Shown piece by piece: positions 19,864 to 28,712 of a stretch of 50,417 nucleotides of DNA. Made by a program: the position numbers and the translations under genes. The stretch's first letter is position 1, and each line of letters opens with the position of its first letter. The notes below the pieces were generated by a model that saw only the letters and a list, made by a program, of their open reading frames with translations, did not search any database and was not told the DNA's origin. This DNA is from Methylobacteriaceae bacterium (GTDB taxonomy: Bacteria > Pseudomonadota > Alphaproteobacteria > Rhizobiales > Beijerinckiaceae), in NCBI GenBank assembly GCA_034669525.1, contig JAXDNH010000116.1, positions 1-50,417 on the forward strand, written 5' to 3'.

Positions 19864-22044
19864 ATGGAACGCGTCGAAGCGGGTGGGCTTAAGATCGACA
19901 GGAAGCTTCACGATTTCGTTGTCGACGAAGTGCTGCCCGGGACCGGCATTTCCGCGGATGCATTCTGGTCCGGTTTCGCTGGCATCGTGCGCGATCTTGG
20001 GCCGAGGGTGGGCGCGCTTCTGAAAAAACGGGATGCGCTGCAGGAGAAGATCGACGCCTGGCACAAGGCGCGCGGTGGTGCCGGCTTCGAGCAGGCGGAG
20101 TATGAGGCGTTTCTGCGGGAGATCGGCTATCTGCAACCCGCGCCCCCGCCGGGGCAGATCACGACGCAAAATGTTGACGATGAAGTCGCCCGGATTGCGG
20201 GCCCGCAGCTCGTCGTGCCGATGTCGAATGCGCGCTACGCGCTCAACGCGGCGAATGCCCGCTGGGGTTCGCTTTACGACGCGCTTTACGGCACCGATGC
20301 GATTTCGGACGCCGGCGATCTCAGCCGCGCCGGCGGTTACAATGCGAAGCGAGGCGAACGCGTGATCAGAAAAGCCAAGGATTTCTTGGACCACGCGGTG
20401 CCGCTCGGCGAAGGCAGCCATGCCAAGGTAACGGAATATGGGGTCGCCGGCGGCGCGCTGCTTGCGACCTTGATCGACGGCAAAGAAATCGGGCTGCGCG
20501 ATCCCGCGCAATTCGTGGGCTATGCCGGCGAGGCGAATGCACCGGACGCGATCCTGCTTGTGAATAACGGAATGCATATCGAGCTGAAGATCGATCGCGA
20601 GCATCGCATCGGCCGCGACGACCCGGCCGGCCTTGCGGATGTTATTCTGGAGTCCGCCGTGACGACGATCATGGACCTCGAAGACAGCGTCGCTGCTGTC
20701 GATGCGGAGGACAAGGTGCTCGTCTATCGCAATTGGCTCGGGCTCATGAAGGGTACGCTCGTCGCCGCTTTCCCAAAGGGAAAGGAGATGATCGAGCGCA
20801 GGCTGCATTCCGACCGCGTCTATAGAGGGCCGCGCGGCGGCGAGGTGCGTCGGCCCGGACGCAGCCTCATGCTGGTGCGTAACGTCGGACATCACATGTA
20901 CACGGATTCGGTGCTCGACAGCGCTGGCAGTGAAATCCCCGAAGGCATTCTCGATGCCGCTGTGTCTTCGCTGATCGCCATGCATGATTTCAAAAACGCC
21001 GGCGATATCCGCAACAGCCGCGCGGGTTCTGTCTATATCGTCAAGCCGAAAATGCACGGCGCGGAAGAAGTCGCGCTGACCAGCGAAATCTTCGCGCGTG
21101 TCGAAGACATGCTGTCGCTCAAGCGCGATACGTTGAAAATGGGCATCATGGACGAGGAGCGGCGCACCACCGTCAATCTCGAAGCCTGCATTCTCGCGGC
21201 GAAATCGCGCGTCGTGTTCATCAACACCGGGTTCCTCGACCGCACCGGCGACGAGATCCACACCTCGATCGAAGCCGGGCCGGCCGTGCGCAAGAACGAC
21301 ATGAAGGGAGAGCCCTGGATCAAGGCTTACGAAGATTGGAACGTCGACATCGGCCTCGCCTGCGGGCTGCCGGGGAAAGCACAGATCGGCAAGGGCATGT
21401 GGGCAGCGCCCGACAAGATGGCCGACATGATGGAGCAGAAGATCGGCCACCCCAGAGCCGGCGCCAACACCGCCTGGGTGCCCTCGCCGACGGCGGCGAC
21501 GCTGCACGCGCTGCACTATCACGAGGTCGATGTCGCCGCGCGCCAGCGCGAACTGAAGAGCCGCCCGCGCGCAAAGCTTTCTGACATCCTCACCATCCCG
21601 CTGGCGAAATCGAACTTTCCGCCGGACGCCGTGCAACAGGAGCTCGATAACAATTGCCAGGGAATTCTCGGCTATGTCGTGCGCTGGATCGACCAGGGCG
21701 TCGGCTGCTCCAAAGTGCCCGACATTCACGACGTCGGCCTGATGGAGGATCGCGCGACGTTGCGCATTTCGAGCCAGCATATCGCGAACTGGCTGCTGCA
21801 CGGCATCATCACGCCCGCCCAAGTCGAGGAGACGCTGCGCCGCATGGCGGGGATCGTCGACCGCCAGAATGCCGGCGATCCGCTCTATAAGCCGATGGCG
21901 CCGGCCTTCGATGGTCCCGCCTTCAACGCCGCGCGCGATCTCGTCTTCAAAGGCCGCGCGCAGCCGAACGGCTACACCGAATGGATCCTGCACGCGCGCC
22001 GCCGCGAAGCGAAGGCGAAAGGCGCGCCGCCACCGCAGGGTTAG
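19864..22044 (+). CDS. glcB: Malate synthase G
   Basis: The product starts [29 protein letters not shown] and is GlcB-like throughout ([60 protein letters not shown]). AGGAGGAG lies upstream of the ATG at 19864. Confidence 0.9.
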   Translation: MERVEAGGLKIDRKLHDFVVDEVLPGTGISADAFWSGFAGIVRDLGPRVGALLKKRDALQEKIDAWHKARGGAGFEQAEYEAFLREIGYLQPAPPPGQITTQNVDDEVARIAGPQLVVPMSNARYALNAANARWGSLYDALYGTDAISDAGDLSRAGGYNAKRGERVIRKAKDFLDHAVPLGEGSHAKVTEYGVAGGALLATLIDGKEIGLRDPAQFVGYAGEANAPDAILLVNNGMHIELKIDREHRIGRDDPAGLADVILESAVTTIMDLEDSVAAVDAEDKVLVYRNWLGLMKGTLVAAFPKGKEMIERRLHSDRVYRGPRGGEVRRPGRSLMLVRNVGHHMYTDSVLDSAGSEIPEGILDAAVSSLIAMHDFKNAGDIRNSRAGSVYIVKPKMHGAEEVALTSEIFARVEDMLSLKRDTLKMGIMDEERRTTVNLEACILAAKSRVVFINTGFLDRTGDEIHTSIEAGPAVRKNDMKGEPWIKAYEDWNVDIGLACGLPGKAQIGKGMWAAPDKMADMMEQKIGHPRAGANTAWVPSPTAATLHALHYHEVDVAARQRELKSRPRAKLSDILTIPLAKSNFPPDAVQQELDNNCQGILGYVVRWIDQGVGCSKVPDIHDVGLMEDRATLRISSQHIANWLLHGIITPAQVEETLRRMAGIVDRQNAGDPLYKPMAPAFDGPAFNAARDLVFKGRAQPNGYTEWILHARRREAKAKGAPPPQG

Positions 22045-22616
22045 GCAGCAACCCCGTTCCCGCGCGTCAATCGAAAAGACTGATGTGTGTCGATCAATAT
22101 CTTCTGCCCGGCAAGATGTCCGGCTTCCGCTTGGTCGAGCGTGAAGCTTGAAAACTTGTAGCGGCGCATGTCGTAGCTGTCGAAAAACGCGACGCTTTCG
22201 CGGGTGACTTCGCGGGCGACCGTCCAATGATCCCACGGCTTGTTCAATCCGACGATCACCACGCTGCCTTTACCGATCGCGATCTGATCGCGGACGCTGC
22301 TCCAAAAGGTTTCGACCGAACCGAATTGCGCGCGCATGAGCGGCATGTGCCAGGTGAGATCGCTCGTGCCGTGCTTCTCGACGAGGTGGGTTTGCGCAAA
22401 GCGCAGCAACCGCTGCATTTCGGGAACGCCGAGCCCTTCCCAAAGCGCCTCCGGAAACTTGTCGGCGATGCTCTCGCAGAGCGCGTGGAACAATCTGTCA
22501 AGTTGCTTCTCGCGCAATCGATAAAGCCATTTCACGGAATTGAGCACCGAATAGATGCCGCAGAGCCCGTCGAATTTGCCCTGTTGATCGGGTTTGTGGA
22601 ACGGCCGGCGCGCCAT
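22041..22616 (-). CDS. Hypothetical protein with a papain-like Cys...His...Asp arrangement
   Basis: The product begins [24 protein letters not shown] (Cys near the N-terminus). WDHWTVA follows ~130 aa later, and FFDSYD ~17 aa after that. This spacing resembles C39-like peptidases. Starting at 22616 avoids overlap with the ArsR gene. Confidence 0.45.
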   Translation of the reverse strand: MARRPFHKPDQQGKFDGLCGIYSVLNSVKWLYRLREKQLDRLFHALCESIADKFPEALWEGLGVPEMQRLLRFAQTHLVEKHGTSDLTWHMPLMRAQFGSVETFWSSVRDQIAIGKGSVVIVGLNKPWDHWTVAREVTRESVAFFDSYDMRRYKFSSFTLDQAEAGHLAGQKILIDTHQSFRLTRGNGVAA

Positions 22617-22686
22617 AAAGCGACCTCGATGAAGCACAGCGAACTGGAACGAAAGTTGCACGCGCGCTTGCACCCGACAAGCGGCC

Positions 22687-23409
22687 TTAGTTGCGCGCCC
22701 GCGCGGCAGCCGCGGGCATGTCCAAATGCACGCCGAACACTTCGGCAAACCGCTCGCGACCCTGCGGCGTGATTTTCAGCGCCCGGCTCTCCCGGGTTCT
22801 GCGCACCCAATCCGCCTCGAGAAAATGCGCGCACAAAGCCGCGCCGACATGGCCGGCGAGATGCGGGCGCCGCTCGCTCCAATCGAGGCACGGCCGGCAG
22901 AAGATGCGCTTCGATTTCGCGCGCCGCGTGAGATCGACGCCGAGCCCTTCGAGAAACGCCACCCCGGACGCTGTCACCTCGCCGGCGTCGCCGGCGATCG
23001 CTACGGCCCCACGCGCCACCAGCGCGTCGGCAACGCCGACGCCGAGCACGCCGGCGACATGATCGTAGCAGGTGCGGGCGGTGCGCATCTCCGCGTCGAT
23101 GCGCGTCGGCGGGCGGTGGCGCGGCGGGCCGTCGCCGGCGAGCGTCAGCACCGATTCGAGCGCCTGCGCCACGCGCGGCGAGGCCAGGCGGAAATAGCGG
23201 TGGCGTCCTTGTTTCTCCATCGCGAGCAGGTTCGCTTGCGTGAGCTTGGCGAGATGCGAGCTCGCCGTCTGCGGCGTCACGCGCGCGGTAAGGGCGAGTT
23301 CGAGCGCGGTCAGCGCGCGCCCGTCCATCAGCGCCGCCAGCATGTGGCCGCGTGCCACGTCGCCCATGAGCGATGCGATTTCCGCGATATCGACGCCTGT
23401 TCGTGCCAA
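22687..23409 (-). CDS. ArsR/SmtB-family winged-helix transcriptional regulator with a C-terminal extension
   Basis: LAALMDGRALTALELALTARVTPQTASSHLAKLTQANLLAMEKQGRHRYFRLA is an ArsR-type HTH. It is followed by a ~140-aa C-terminal domain. Confidence 0.75.
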   Translation of the reverse strand: MARTGVDIAEIASLMGDVARGHMLAALMDGRALTALELALTARVTPQTASSHLAKLTQANLLAMEKQGRHRYFRLASPRVAQALESVLTLAGDGPPRHRPPTRIDAEMRTARTCYDHVAGVLGVGVADALVARGAVAIAGDAGEVTASGVAFLEGLGVDLTRRAKSKRIFCRPCLDWSERRPHLAGHVGAALCAHFLEADWVRRTRESRALKITPQGRERFAEVFGVHLDMPAAAARARN

Positions 23410-23489
23410 TGTCTGTGCTCCTTCAAGGCCGCAATGTAGGGCAGGGGCGCCGCGCGCGGGGAAATATCATTTCGATGCGCGTCGAAGTC

Positions 23490-23744
23490 TCAGCGCGGGC
23501 GCTCCCCTGTCACCGCCGGCAGCACCTCGTTGACGAGCAGCTCGCGATTGTCGCGCACGCATTGCAGCTTGTCGCCGATACAGGCCTTGGCGCGGCGGCA
23601 CGCGCGAGAGCGGCAGGATTTTGGCGCCTCCAGCGTTTCCATGAACAGGCGCATGCCGGGATAGGTGAGGCCGCTTGCCTCGATCGCGGCGAGGCGCGCG
23701 CGTTGGTGCGGCCGAAGCAGATGTAGGCGGGGAGCATCGTCCAT
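23490..23744 (-). CDS. Hypothetical Cys-rich small protein (84 aa)
   Basis: Codon usage is host-like (CTG/CGC/GCG-rich third positions). The product contains CRSRACRRAKACIGDKLQC. No family was recognised. Confidence 0.4.
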   Translation of the reverse strand: MDDAPRLHLLRPHQRARLAAIEASGLTYPGMRLFMETLEAPKSCRSRACRRAKACIGDKLQCVRDNRELLVNEVLPAVTGERPR

Positions 23745-23849
23745 GCGCGTGCCTTTCTGTGAAGCGCGCGCGCGTCATCGCCGCCGCACGCCAGCGCGTA
23801 CGAAAAGTTGCGGATAAAGGACACGGGACGCCGGGTCACCGATCCTAAT

Positions 23850-24205
23850 TTTTTTAGTGCCGGTCACCCGGCGCCCATGTGCGGCGATTTTTGGCTATTC
23901 GCGTCCCGCGCTTCCACGGGGAGCCGGACCGGAGAAGCGCCTCTTCTCGAGAGCGCCAATCCGTTGCGCTGCCCCGAAGGGCAGCGCGTGTGCGGCCCCG
24001 TCCCCAGGGGCAAACACCCCAGACCGGTCGTATTGCCGGACGGGCGGGCCACTCGCCGAGTCGCGCGCTCGCATGGGAGCGCGCCGGCGTTTGCGAAAGC
24101 CTCCCGAGGCGCGGGTTCGGATGCCCCCGCCGCAGGCGCCGCTCCCCGCCCGCGCCACCCGGCTCCGAAACCGGACGACGCCCTTAAGGGGGCGGGGACG
24201 GCGGT
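23850..24205. other. Hairpin-dense GC-rich non-coding block (candidate structured RNA or repeat element)
   Basis: Several perfect stem-loops are present: GCGCTGCCC-CGAA-GGGCAGCGC, GCGCGCTC-GCATGG-GAGCGCGC, CGCCC-TTAAGG-GGGCG and GCCT-CCCG-AGGC. The block is flanked by AT-rich tracts at 23841-23857 and 24206-24260. No convincing ORF is present. Confidence 0.4.
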
Positions 24206-24384
24206 GATCTAGGATTATTGTCGAGAGATGTCAAGGATTGTTTTCACAATTATGGAGTTGACCCACAGCGCGCTAGGCTAGTTTTGCGCCTGTCCAAGCG
24301 GCAAAAGCCTAGGCCTGACCCCACTAAATGGTGCACCTATGGGCGCGGAGAAAACTAAGCGGAGAGTCGGGGAGCGGGAGTCCG

Positions 24385-25089
24385 TCAAGGTTTCCCGGCG
24401 GATGCTTTCCGCCGGGGCCGCCGTTTGCGAGGTCTGTTCGCCAAGCGATCTACTAGCTGATTTACCTCCCGCATGGCTGGAGGACTTTTTAGGCGCGGTC
24501 TATAGGGCAATGGAGTCTGAGCGGCGAGAGGATGCCCGGTTAGCTGAAAACCCAATTGTAGCGCGTATTGCGAAAGCACGTAGAGATCGCTTGCGAAGTC
24601 GTCCCAGAAATGGGTGAACTTGTGGCCTACCAATGTGTGCTTAAGGGCGGCAGCCCGCTTTGTGCCGTCAATCTGCAAGGCTACGCCGCGATAGCCCGAT
24701 TCACCCTCATAAACCTCTAGGTACATATGCGTTGCGATATTCCGATATGCGGACATTTGGTGAATTGTCTTAAGCAGCCATCGCAGATGCCGTAATTCGG
24801 CGGGGCGTTCATGCAGCAACCCGCCAGCGATCGCCTCGATTAATCTGCGCTGGAAATCATCGGACTGAGCTATGTACCAAAGGGCTGTTGGGAAATCTCG
24901 CGGACGCTTCCCGTGGTCGCCAACCAGTGCCCATAAAATTCGAAAGAGATCGGCATGCAGATTGTTCCATTCCCAAATCACCTTGCCGATGGTGAGTGCT
25001 TGGGGTTCAATGGCGGCGATTTGATCCGGCGGTCTTTGCCGCCGGAGCTTCGCACGGCCAGTTTCGGTTCTTTTGATCGGAGGCGGCAT
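24385..25089 (-). CDS. Hypothetical protein, candidate HEPN-like (Rx4H motif)
   Basis: The 234-aa product lies in lower-G+C DNA and appears largely helical. AYRNIATH (R at 24742-24744, H at 24727-24729) fits the HEPN R-N-x3-H signature. The C-terminal tail is basic (RPRKRRPRRKASAGKP). Confidence 0.5.
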   Translation of the reverse strand: MPPPIKRTETGRAKLRRQRPPDQIAAIEPQALTIGKVIWEWNNLHADLFRILWALVGDHGKRPRDFPTALWYIAQSDDFQRRLIEAIAGGLLHERPAELRHLRWLLKTIHQMSAYRNIATHMYLEVYEGESGYRGVALQIDGTKRAAALKHTLVGHKFTHFWDDFASDLYVLSQYALQLGFQLTGHPLAAQTPLPYRPRLKSPPAMREVNQLVDRLANRPRKRRPRRKASAGKP

Positions 25090-25270
25090 GGCAGAACATG
25101 AAATGGAAGAAAGCTACAGCGAAGGGGAAGCCGAACAACGCTTTCTAGCCGCCGTCAAGGCGGCGCTCAGTACCCCGCCCAAGCCGCAAAGAGCACGACT
25201 CGGAAGGGCGTGGCAGCGCAATGTAAGAAGCGGCGCCGGTCGGCAGACGCCCCTTAGTTTATCGCGTTAA
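25088..25270 (+). CDS. Small hypothetical protein (60 aa)
   Basis: GGAGG lies 4 nt upstream of the ATG at 25088. The product is MAEHEMEESYSEGEAEQRFLAAVKAALSTPPKPQ.... It ends ~20 nt before the protease gene, which suggests co-transcription. Confidence 0.4.
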   Translation: MAEHEMEESYSEGEAEQRFLAAVKAALSTPPKPQRARLGRAWQRNVRSGAGRQTPLSLSR

Positions 25271-25290
25271 CCCCCTTGGGATTGCGTTCG

Positions 25291-26079
25291 ATGCTTGCTA
25301 CTGGCAAGGCCCACAAGTTGCTCCTGGCATGCTTGTTTCCAGCTGTACTCTTTGGCACAGCCCCTCTCACTGATGTTTACGGCATGGATTTGACGGATCT
25401 ATCTGAAAAGATAAAGGGACAAATCGTTCAGGTTCTGACGCCAATACCCACGGGCGGAGTTGGTTTGGGTTCTGGATTTTGGGTTGATGAAGGAGGGGTG
25501 GTTGCAACATGCTGGCACGTTGTGCAGGCAAACCCAACAGCAAAAATCCAGATACGGAGTGCCGTGGATGCGCTGTTCGACACGGCGCGGAATAACAATG
25601 TGTTCGCGAATTGGGAGGTGTTTTCGGCCAGCGTTGTAGCTCACGATGAGGCTAATGACTTAGCTATCCTTAAGGTGGATGGCACTCCCTTTGGTCAGAA
25701 ACGAGCCCCCATGATCGTTATCGACGACAAGGCTCTTTCTGCACATTATGCAAGTTCGATTATCAACGATGAATTGCCAGTATCGGGACAGCAAGTCCTA
25801 ATCGCCGGATATCCTCTTGGGCAGCCATATAGAGTAGTGCAGGAAGGGAGTGTCGCATCCGTTGCGCATAGCCTTCCTGGATGGGGTCAGACGCTAAAGA
25901 TTCTTGTTTCGACTGTGGCCAATCATGGCAACAGCGGTGGCCCTGTGTATGATACACAGGGGAAGGTAGTTGGCCTCCTAGAAGGCGAACTGCGCGTCGG
26001 CAATCAAGAGCGAACGGGCTTAGAAATAGTGGTGCCATCTTTTTTATTAAAGAAACTTCTTAATTCTGTCCCGAAGTGA
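25291..26079 (+). CDS. Secreted trypsin-like (S1/chymotrypsin-fold) serine protease
   Basis: A signal-like N-terminus (MLATGKAHKLLLACLFPAVLFG) is present. The catalytic triad contexts are GSGFWVDEGGVVATCWHVV (His), NDLAILKV (Asp) and GNSGGPVYD (Ser). There is no PDZ domain. An alternative TTG start lies at 25276. Confidence 0.8.
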   Translation: MLATGKAHKLLLACLFPAVLFGTAPLTDVYGMDLTDLSEKIKGQIVQVLTPIPTGGVGLGSGFWVDEGGVVATCWHVVQANPTAKIQIRSAVDALFDTARNNNVFANWEVFSASVVAHDEANDLAILKVDGTPFGQKRAPMIVIDDKALSAHYASSIINDELPVSGQQVLIAGYPLGQPYRVVQEGSVASVAHSLPGWGQTLKILVSTVANHGNSGGPVYDTQGKVVGLLEGELRVGNQERTGLEIVVPSFLLKKLLNSVPK

Positions 26080-26125
26080 CTTCGAACGTTTACGTCGCCA
26101 CCTTAAAAACCGCTGCGCCTTGATC

Positions 26126-26600
26126 TTAAACGCGGCTTTGGTCAGGTTGCCGGTACGTCAGCCGCTTGCCGGCCACGCCTCGGATCGCAATGAACGTGCG
26201 GTCAATGTCGCGGTAGCCGAGCGCCACGCGATGATTGTAGCGGCGATCGTATTCCGCGAGATTGCGGTGCAAGTGCTCTCGCCACAATGCTGGTAGATCC
26301 TGCGCATGTCGCGCTTGAGAATCGTCTTTCCAGCCCGCTTTCGTGTAAGACGGGTAGCGCTCCGGCTTGTGGAGTCACATAATCGTGATTGTTTTCATAG
26401 CACGTCAATAGGTCATGGGACTTGACGAGCGCGCGCCATAGGCCATTTCCCCGCCCATGGGGAAAGCGATCTCCCCACGAGGCGTCAGCTGAAGAATCGC
26501 GTCCAGCGCTGCTTTGCAGAGGACGCACCGTGCTGCCCGCCGATCAAACCACCTCACATGATCGAAGCTACCCTCATGCAGCGTCAGCAGCGGAATGCTG
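26126..26600 (-). mobile_element. Decayed IS1595-family transposase gene (frameshifted, internally deleted)
   Basis: Minus-strand fragments lie in three different frames: HVRWFDRRAARCVLCK (N-terminal Zn-ribbon region), ILKRDMRRIYQHCGE, and HLHRNLAEYDRRYNHRVALGYRDIDRTFIAIRGVAGKRLTYRQP followed by a stop at 26126. These match the conserved IS1595 C-terminus (HLHRYLAEFDFRYNxR...GKRLTY). Confidence 0.6.
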
Positions 26601-26651
26601 CGGCTTCTTCGGCGTCGTTTACGCGGGGGGTCGAACAAACTTACGGAGTAG

Positions 26652-27548
26652 ATGATGCGGATCAGAACACTTGCAGCCGCTGCAACTCTGGCACTCTTCG
26701 CCATTCCGGCGGCGGCCGAGCCCGACTGGAGCAAGGTCGGCGCCATCTTCGGCCGCGCGCCGATGAAATCGGACAATGCGGTCCGCTACGGCTTTCCGCG
26801 CTCCGATCTCAACGTGACGCTCGACGGCGTCGCGATCAAACCCGCCCTCGCGCTTGGCGGATGGGTCGCGTTCCAGCCGATGGGCGAGCAGGCGATGGTG
26901 ATGGGCGATCTCGTCCTTACCGAGCCCGAGATCAACCCGGTGATGGCGAAACTGCTCAGCGAGGGCATTCAAATCACCGCGGTTCACAATCATCTGCTGC
27001 GCGCATGGCCCGCGACCTTCTACATGCATGTCGAAGGGCATGGCGATGCCGCGAAATTGGCCGAGAGCATCCGCGCCGGACTCGCCTTGAGCAAGACGCC
27101 GCTGCAGCAAGCGCCGACAGCATCGCCCCCGCCGCCGGTCGATCTCGACACCGCAAAACTCGACGAAGCGATCGGCGTCAAGGGCCGTGCCAATGGCGGC
27201 GTGTACGGGTTCAACGTGCCACGCGCTGACGACGTGAAGGACAGCGACATGGTCGTGCCGGGCGCACTCGGCTCGGCAATCGCAATCAACTTTCAGCCGA
27301 CCGGCGGCGGCAAGGCGGCGATCACCGGCGACTTCGTCGCCCTCGGCAAGGAGGTGAACCCGCTGATCACGTCGCTGCGCACAAGCGGCATCGATGTGAC
27401 CGCGATCCACAATCACATGCTCGCTGATGAGCCGCGCATGTTCTTCATCCATTTTTGGGCGAATGACGACGCGTTAAGGCTCGCCAATTCGCTGCGTGCC
27501 GCGCTCGACACGATGAACGTGCCGAAGAAGGGCGCGCATTCGCAATGA
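26652..27548 (+). CDS. Secreted DUF1259 (LppY/LpqO-like) protein, two tandem domains
   Basis: A signal peptide (MMRIRTLAAAATLALFAIPAAA) is present. Two copies of the ...GDLVL/GDFVA...V-N-P...GI-x-VTA(I/V)HNH(L/M)L... module are typical of DUF1259. Confidence 0.7.
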   Translation: MMRIRTLAAAATLALFAIPAAAEPDWSKVGAIFGRAPMKSDNAVRYGFPRSDLNVTLDGVAIKPALALGGWVAFQPMGEQAMVMGDLVLTEPEINPVMAKLLSEGIQITAVHNHLLRAWPATFYMHVEGHGDAAKLAESIRAGLALSKTPLQQAPTASPPPPVDLDTAKLDEAIGVKGRANGGVYGFNVPRADDVKDSDMVVPGALGSAIAINFQPTGGGKAAITGDFVALGKEVNPLITSLRTSGIDVTAIHNHMLADEPRMFFIHFWANDDALRLANSLRAALDTMNVPKKGAHSQ

Positions 27549-27571
27549 AGGCGTTCTGAGTTCTCTCTGGA

Positions 27572-28612
27572 ATGCCGCGGACCGTAGATACGGCTTATCG
27601 GGTGGCGATCGTCTGGCGCGGCGAGACGGACGCGCCCGACGCGCTGCAACCCGAGACCGGCCGGCTCAAAGCCATCTTCGCGGCTCTGAGCAGCAGAGGA
27701 ATGAGGGCGGAGCCTGCGCCCTATGACGAGCGTCATTCCGGCGCGTTTGCTCAGCGGCTGCGCGAGATGGACGCGGTGCTGGTGTGGGTGAACCCGCTCG
27801 ACAAGGGCCGCAATCGCAGAGCGCTCGACGACATCCTGCGCGACGTTGCCTCTGCAGGCGTTTACGTCAGCGCGCATCCCGATGTGATCGCGAAGATGGG
27901 GGTGAAAGCCGTTCTCTATCGCACGCGCACGCTCGGCTGGGGAAGCGACACGCGCTATTACGAGACGCCGGCCGCGTTCGCGGCGGAATTTCCGAAGCTG
28001 GTTGCGCTCAGTCCGCGCGTGCTGAAGCCAAATCGTGGCAACGGCGGCATTGGCGTCCTAAAGGTCGAGAGTGCCGGCGAGGGAAACGTGCGTGTGCAGG
28101 AGGCGGGCGGCAAGGCCGCCATTCGCGTTCTGCCTCTGAACGAATTTATCGCGCAAATGCGCCACGCGTTTTCAGCAGATGAAGGACTCGTTGATCAACC
28201 CTACCAGGCGCGGCTCACCGATGGGATGACCCGCTGTTACGTCTCCGGTGAGCGCGTCGCCGGGTTCGGCCACCAAATTGTCCGTGCGCTCGCGCCTGCG
28301 GAGGCGGGACCAGCCGGCCGCAGACTTTATTCCGGCCCGGCCGATCCCCGCTTCCAGGAATTGAAAGCCACGCTCGAGAGCGATTGGATTCCGCAGATGG
28401 CGGACCTCCTTGCTCTGTCCTTAGAGAAGTTGCCGGTGATCTGGGACGCCGATTTCCTGCTCGGTCCGAAAAATGCCGTCGGGGAAGACAGCTACGTCTT
28501 GTGCGAGATCAACGCGAGCTCGGTCTTCCCCATACCCGGCGAAGCCCCGGAGGCGATCGCGGCGACTCTGCTCGATCGTCTGGCGAGACATCGAAGGTTC
28601 ATTTCACTTTAG
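27572..28612 (+). CDS. ATP-grasp-like protein (Cj0069-family-like)
   Basis: The 346-aa product has LKPNRGNGGIGV and a C-terminal YVLCEINASSVFP segment reminiscent of ATP-grasp enzymes. The overall resemblance to the Cj0069 family is recalled from memory, not searched. Confidence 0.55.
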   Translation: MPRTVDTAYRVAIVWRGETDAPDALQPETGRLKAIFAALSSRGMRAEPAPYDERHSGAFAQRLREMDAVLVWVNPLDKGRNRRALDDILRDVASAGVYVSAHPDVIAKMGVKAVLYRTRTLGWGSDTRYYETPAAFAAEFPKLVALSPRVLKPNRGNGGIGVLKVESAGEGNVRVQEAGGKAAIRVLPLNEFIAQMRHAFSADEGLVDQPYQARLTDGMTRCYVSGERVAGFGHQIVRALAPAEAGPAGRRLYSGPADPRFQELKATLESDWIPQMADLLALSLEKLPVIWDADFLLGPKNAVGEDSYVLCEINASSVFPIPGEAPEAIAATLLDRLARHRRFISL

Positions 28613-28712
28613 ATGCCCTCCCTCCCGCGCCAGAGCGAACTATATTCTCCCCTGAAGAGCCATAGCTCGAACAGGGGTCGCGGCTCAGGCCGCCCACACG
28701 GGAGCGAGCCCC

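Noticed and set aside
19681-22236. An 851-aa minus-strand ORF, the longest plain ORF in this part of the window.
   Set aside because: It lies entirely antisense to malate synthase G, whose translation is unmistakable. Its own product is Arg/Ala/Gly-rich and domain-less, a typical high-G+C shadow ORF.
24035-24060. CCGGACGGGCGGGCCACTCG looked a little like the cobalamin-riboswitch B12 box region (GCCACTG).
   Set aside because: The upstream GGGAA/GGTG elements and the exact B12 box are absent, and no cobalamin-related gene lies downstream.
24106-24140. GCGGGTTCGGATGCCCCCGCCGCAGG resembles the T-arm and 3' end of tmRNA or a tRNA (GCGGGTTCGATTCCCGCCGCC). This raised the idea of an ssrA gene or an att duplicate.
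   Set aside because: The T-loop is not 7 nt and the stem does not pair canonically. There is no CCA-compatible acceptor end. No alanine-rich tag reading frame (ANDN...) occurs on either strand.
24216-24240. TTGTCGAGAGATGTCAAGG shares GTCGAGAG with the tRNA-Leu 3' end (GCGGTCGAGAGGACTCGAACC), which made it a possible attL.
   Set aside because: Only about 11 of 21 positions match, which is indistinguishable from chance by eye. It is kept only as something to test computationally.
24339-24617. A 92-aa plus-strand ORF.
   Set aside because: It overlaps the 3' end of the better-supported 234-aa minus-strand gene and has no RBS.
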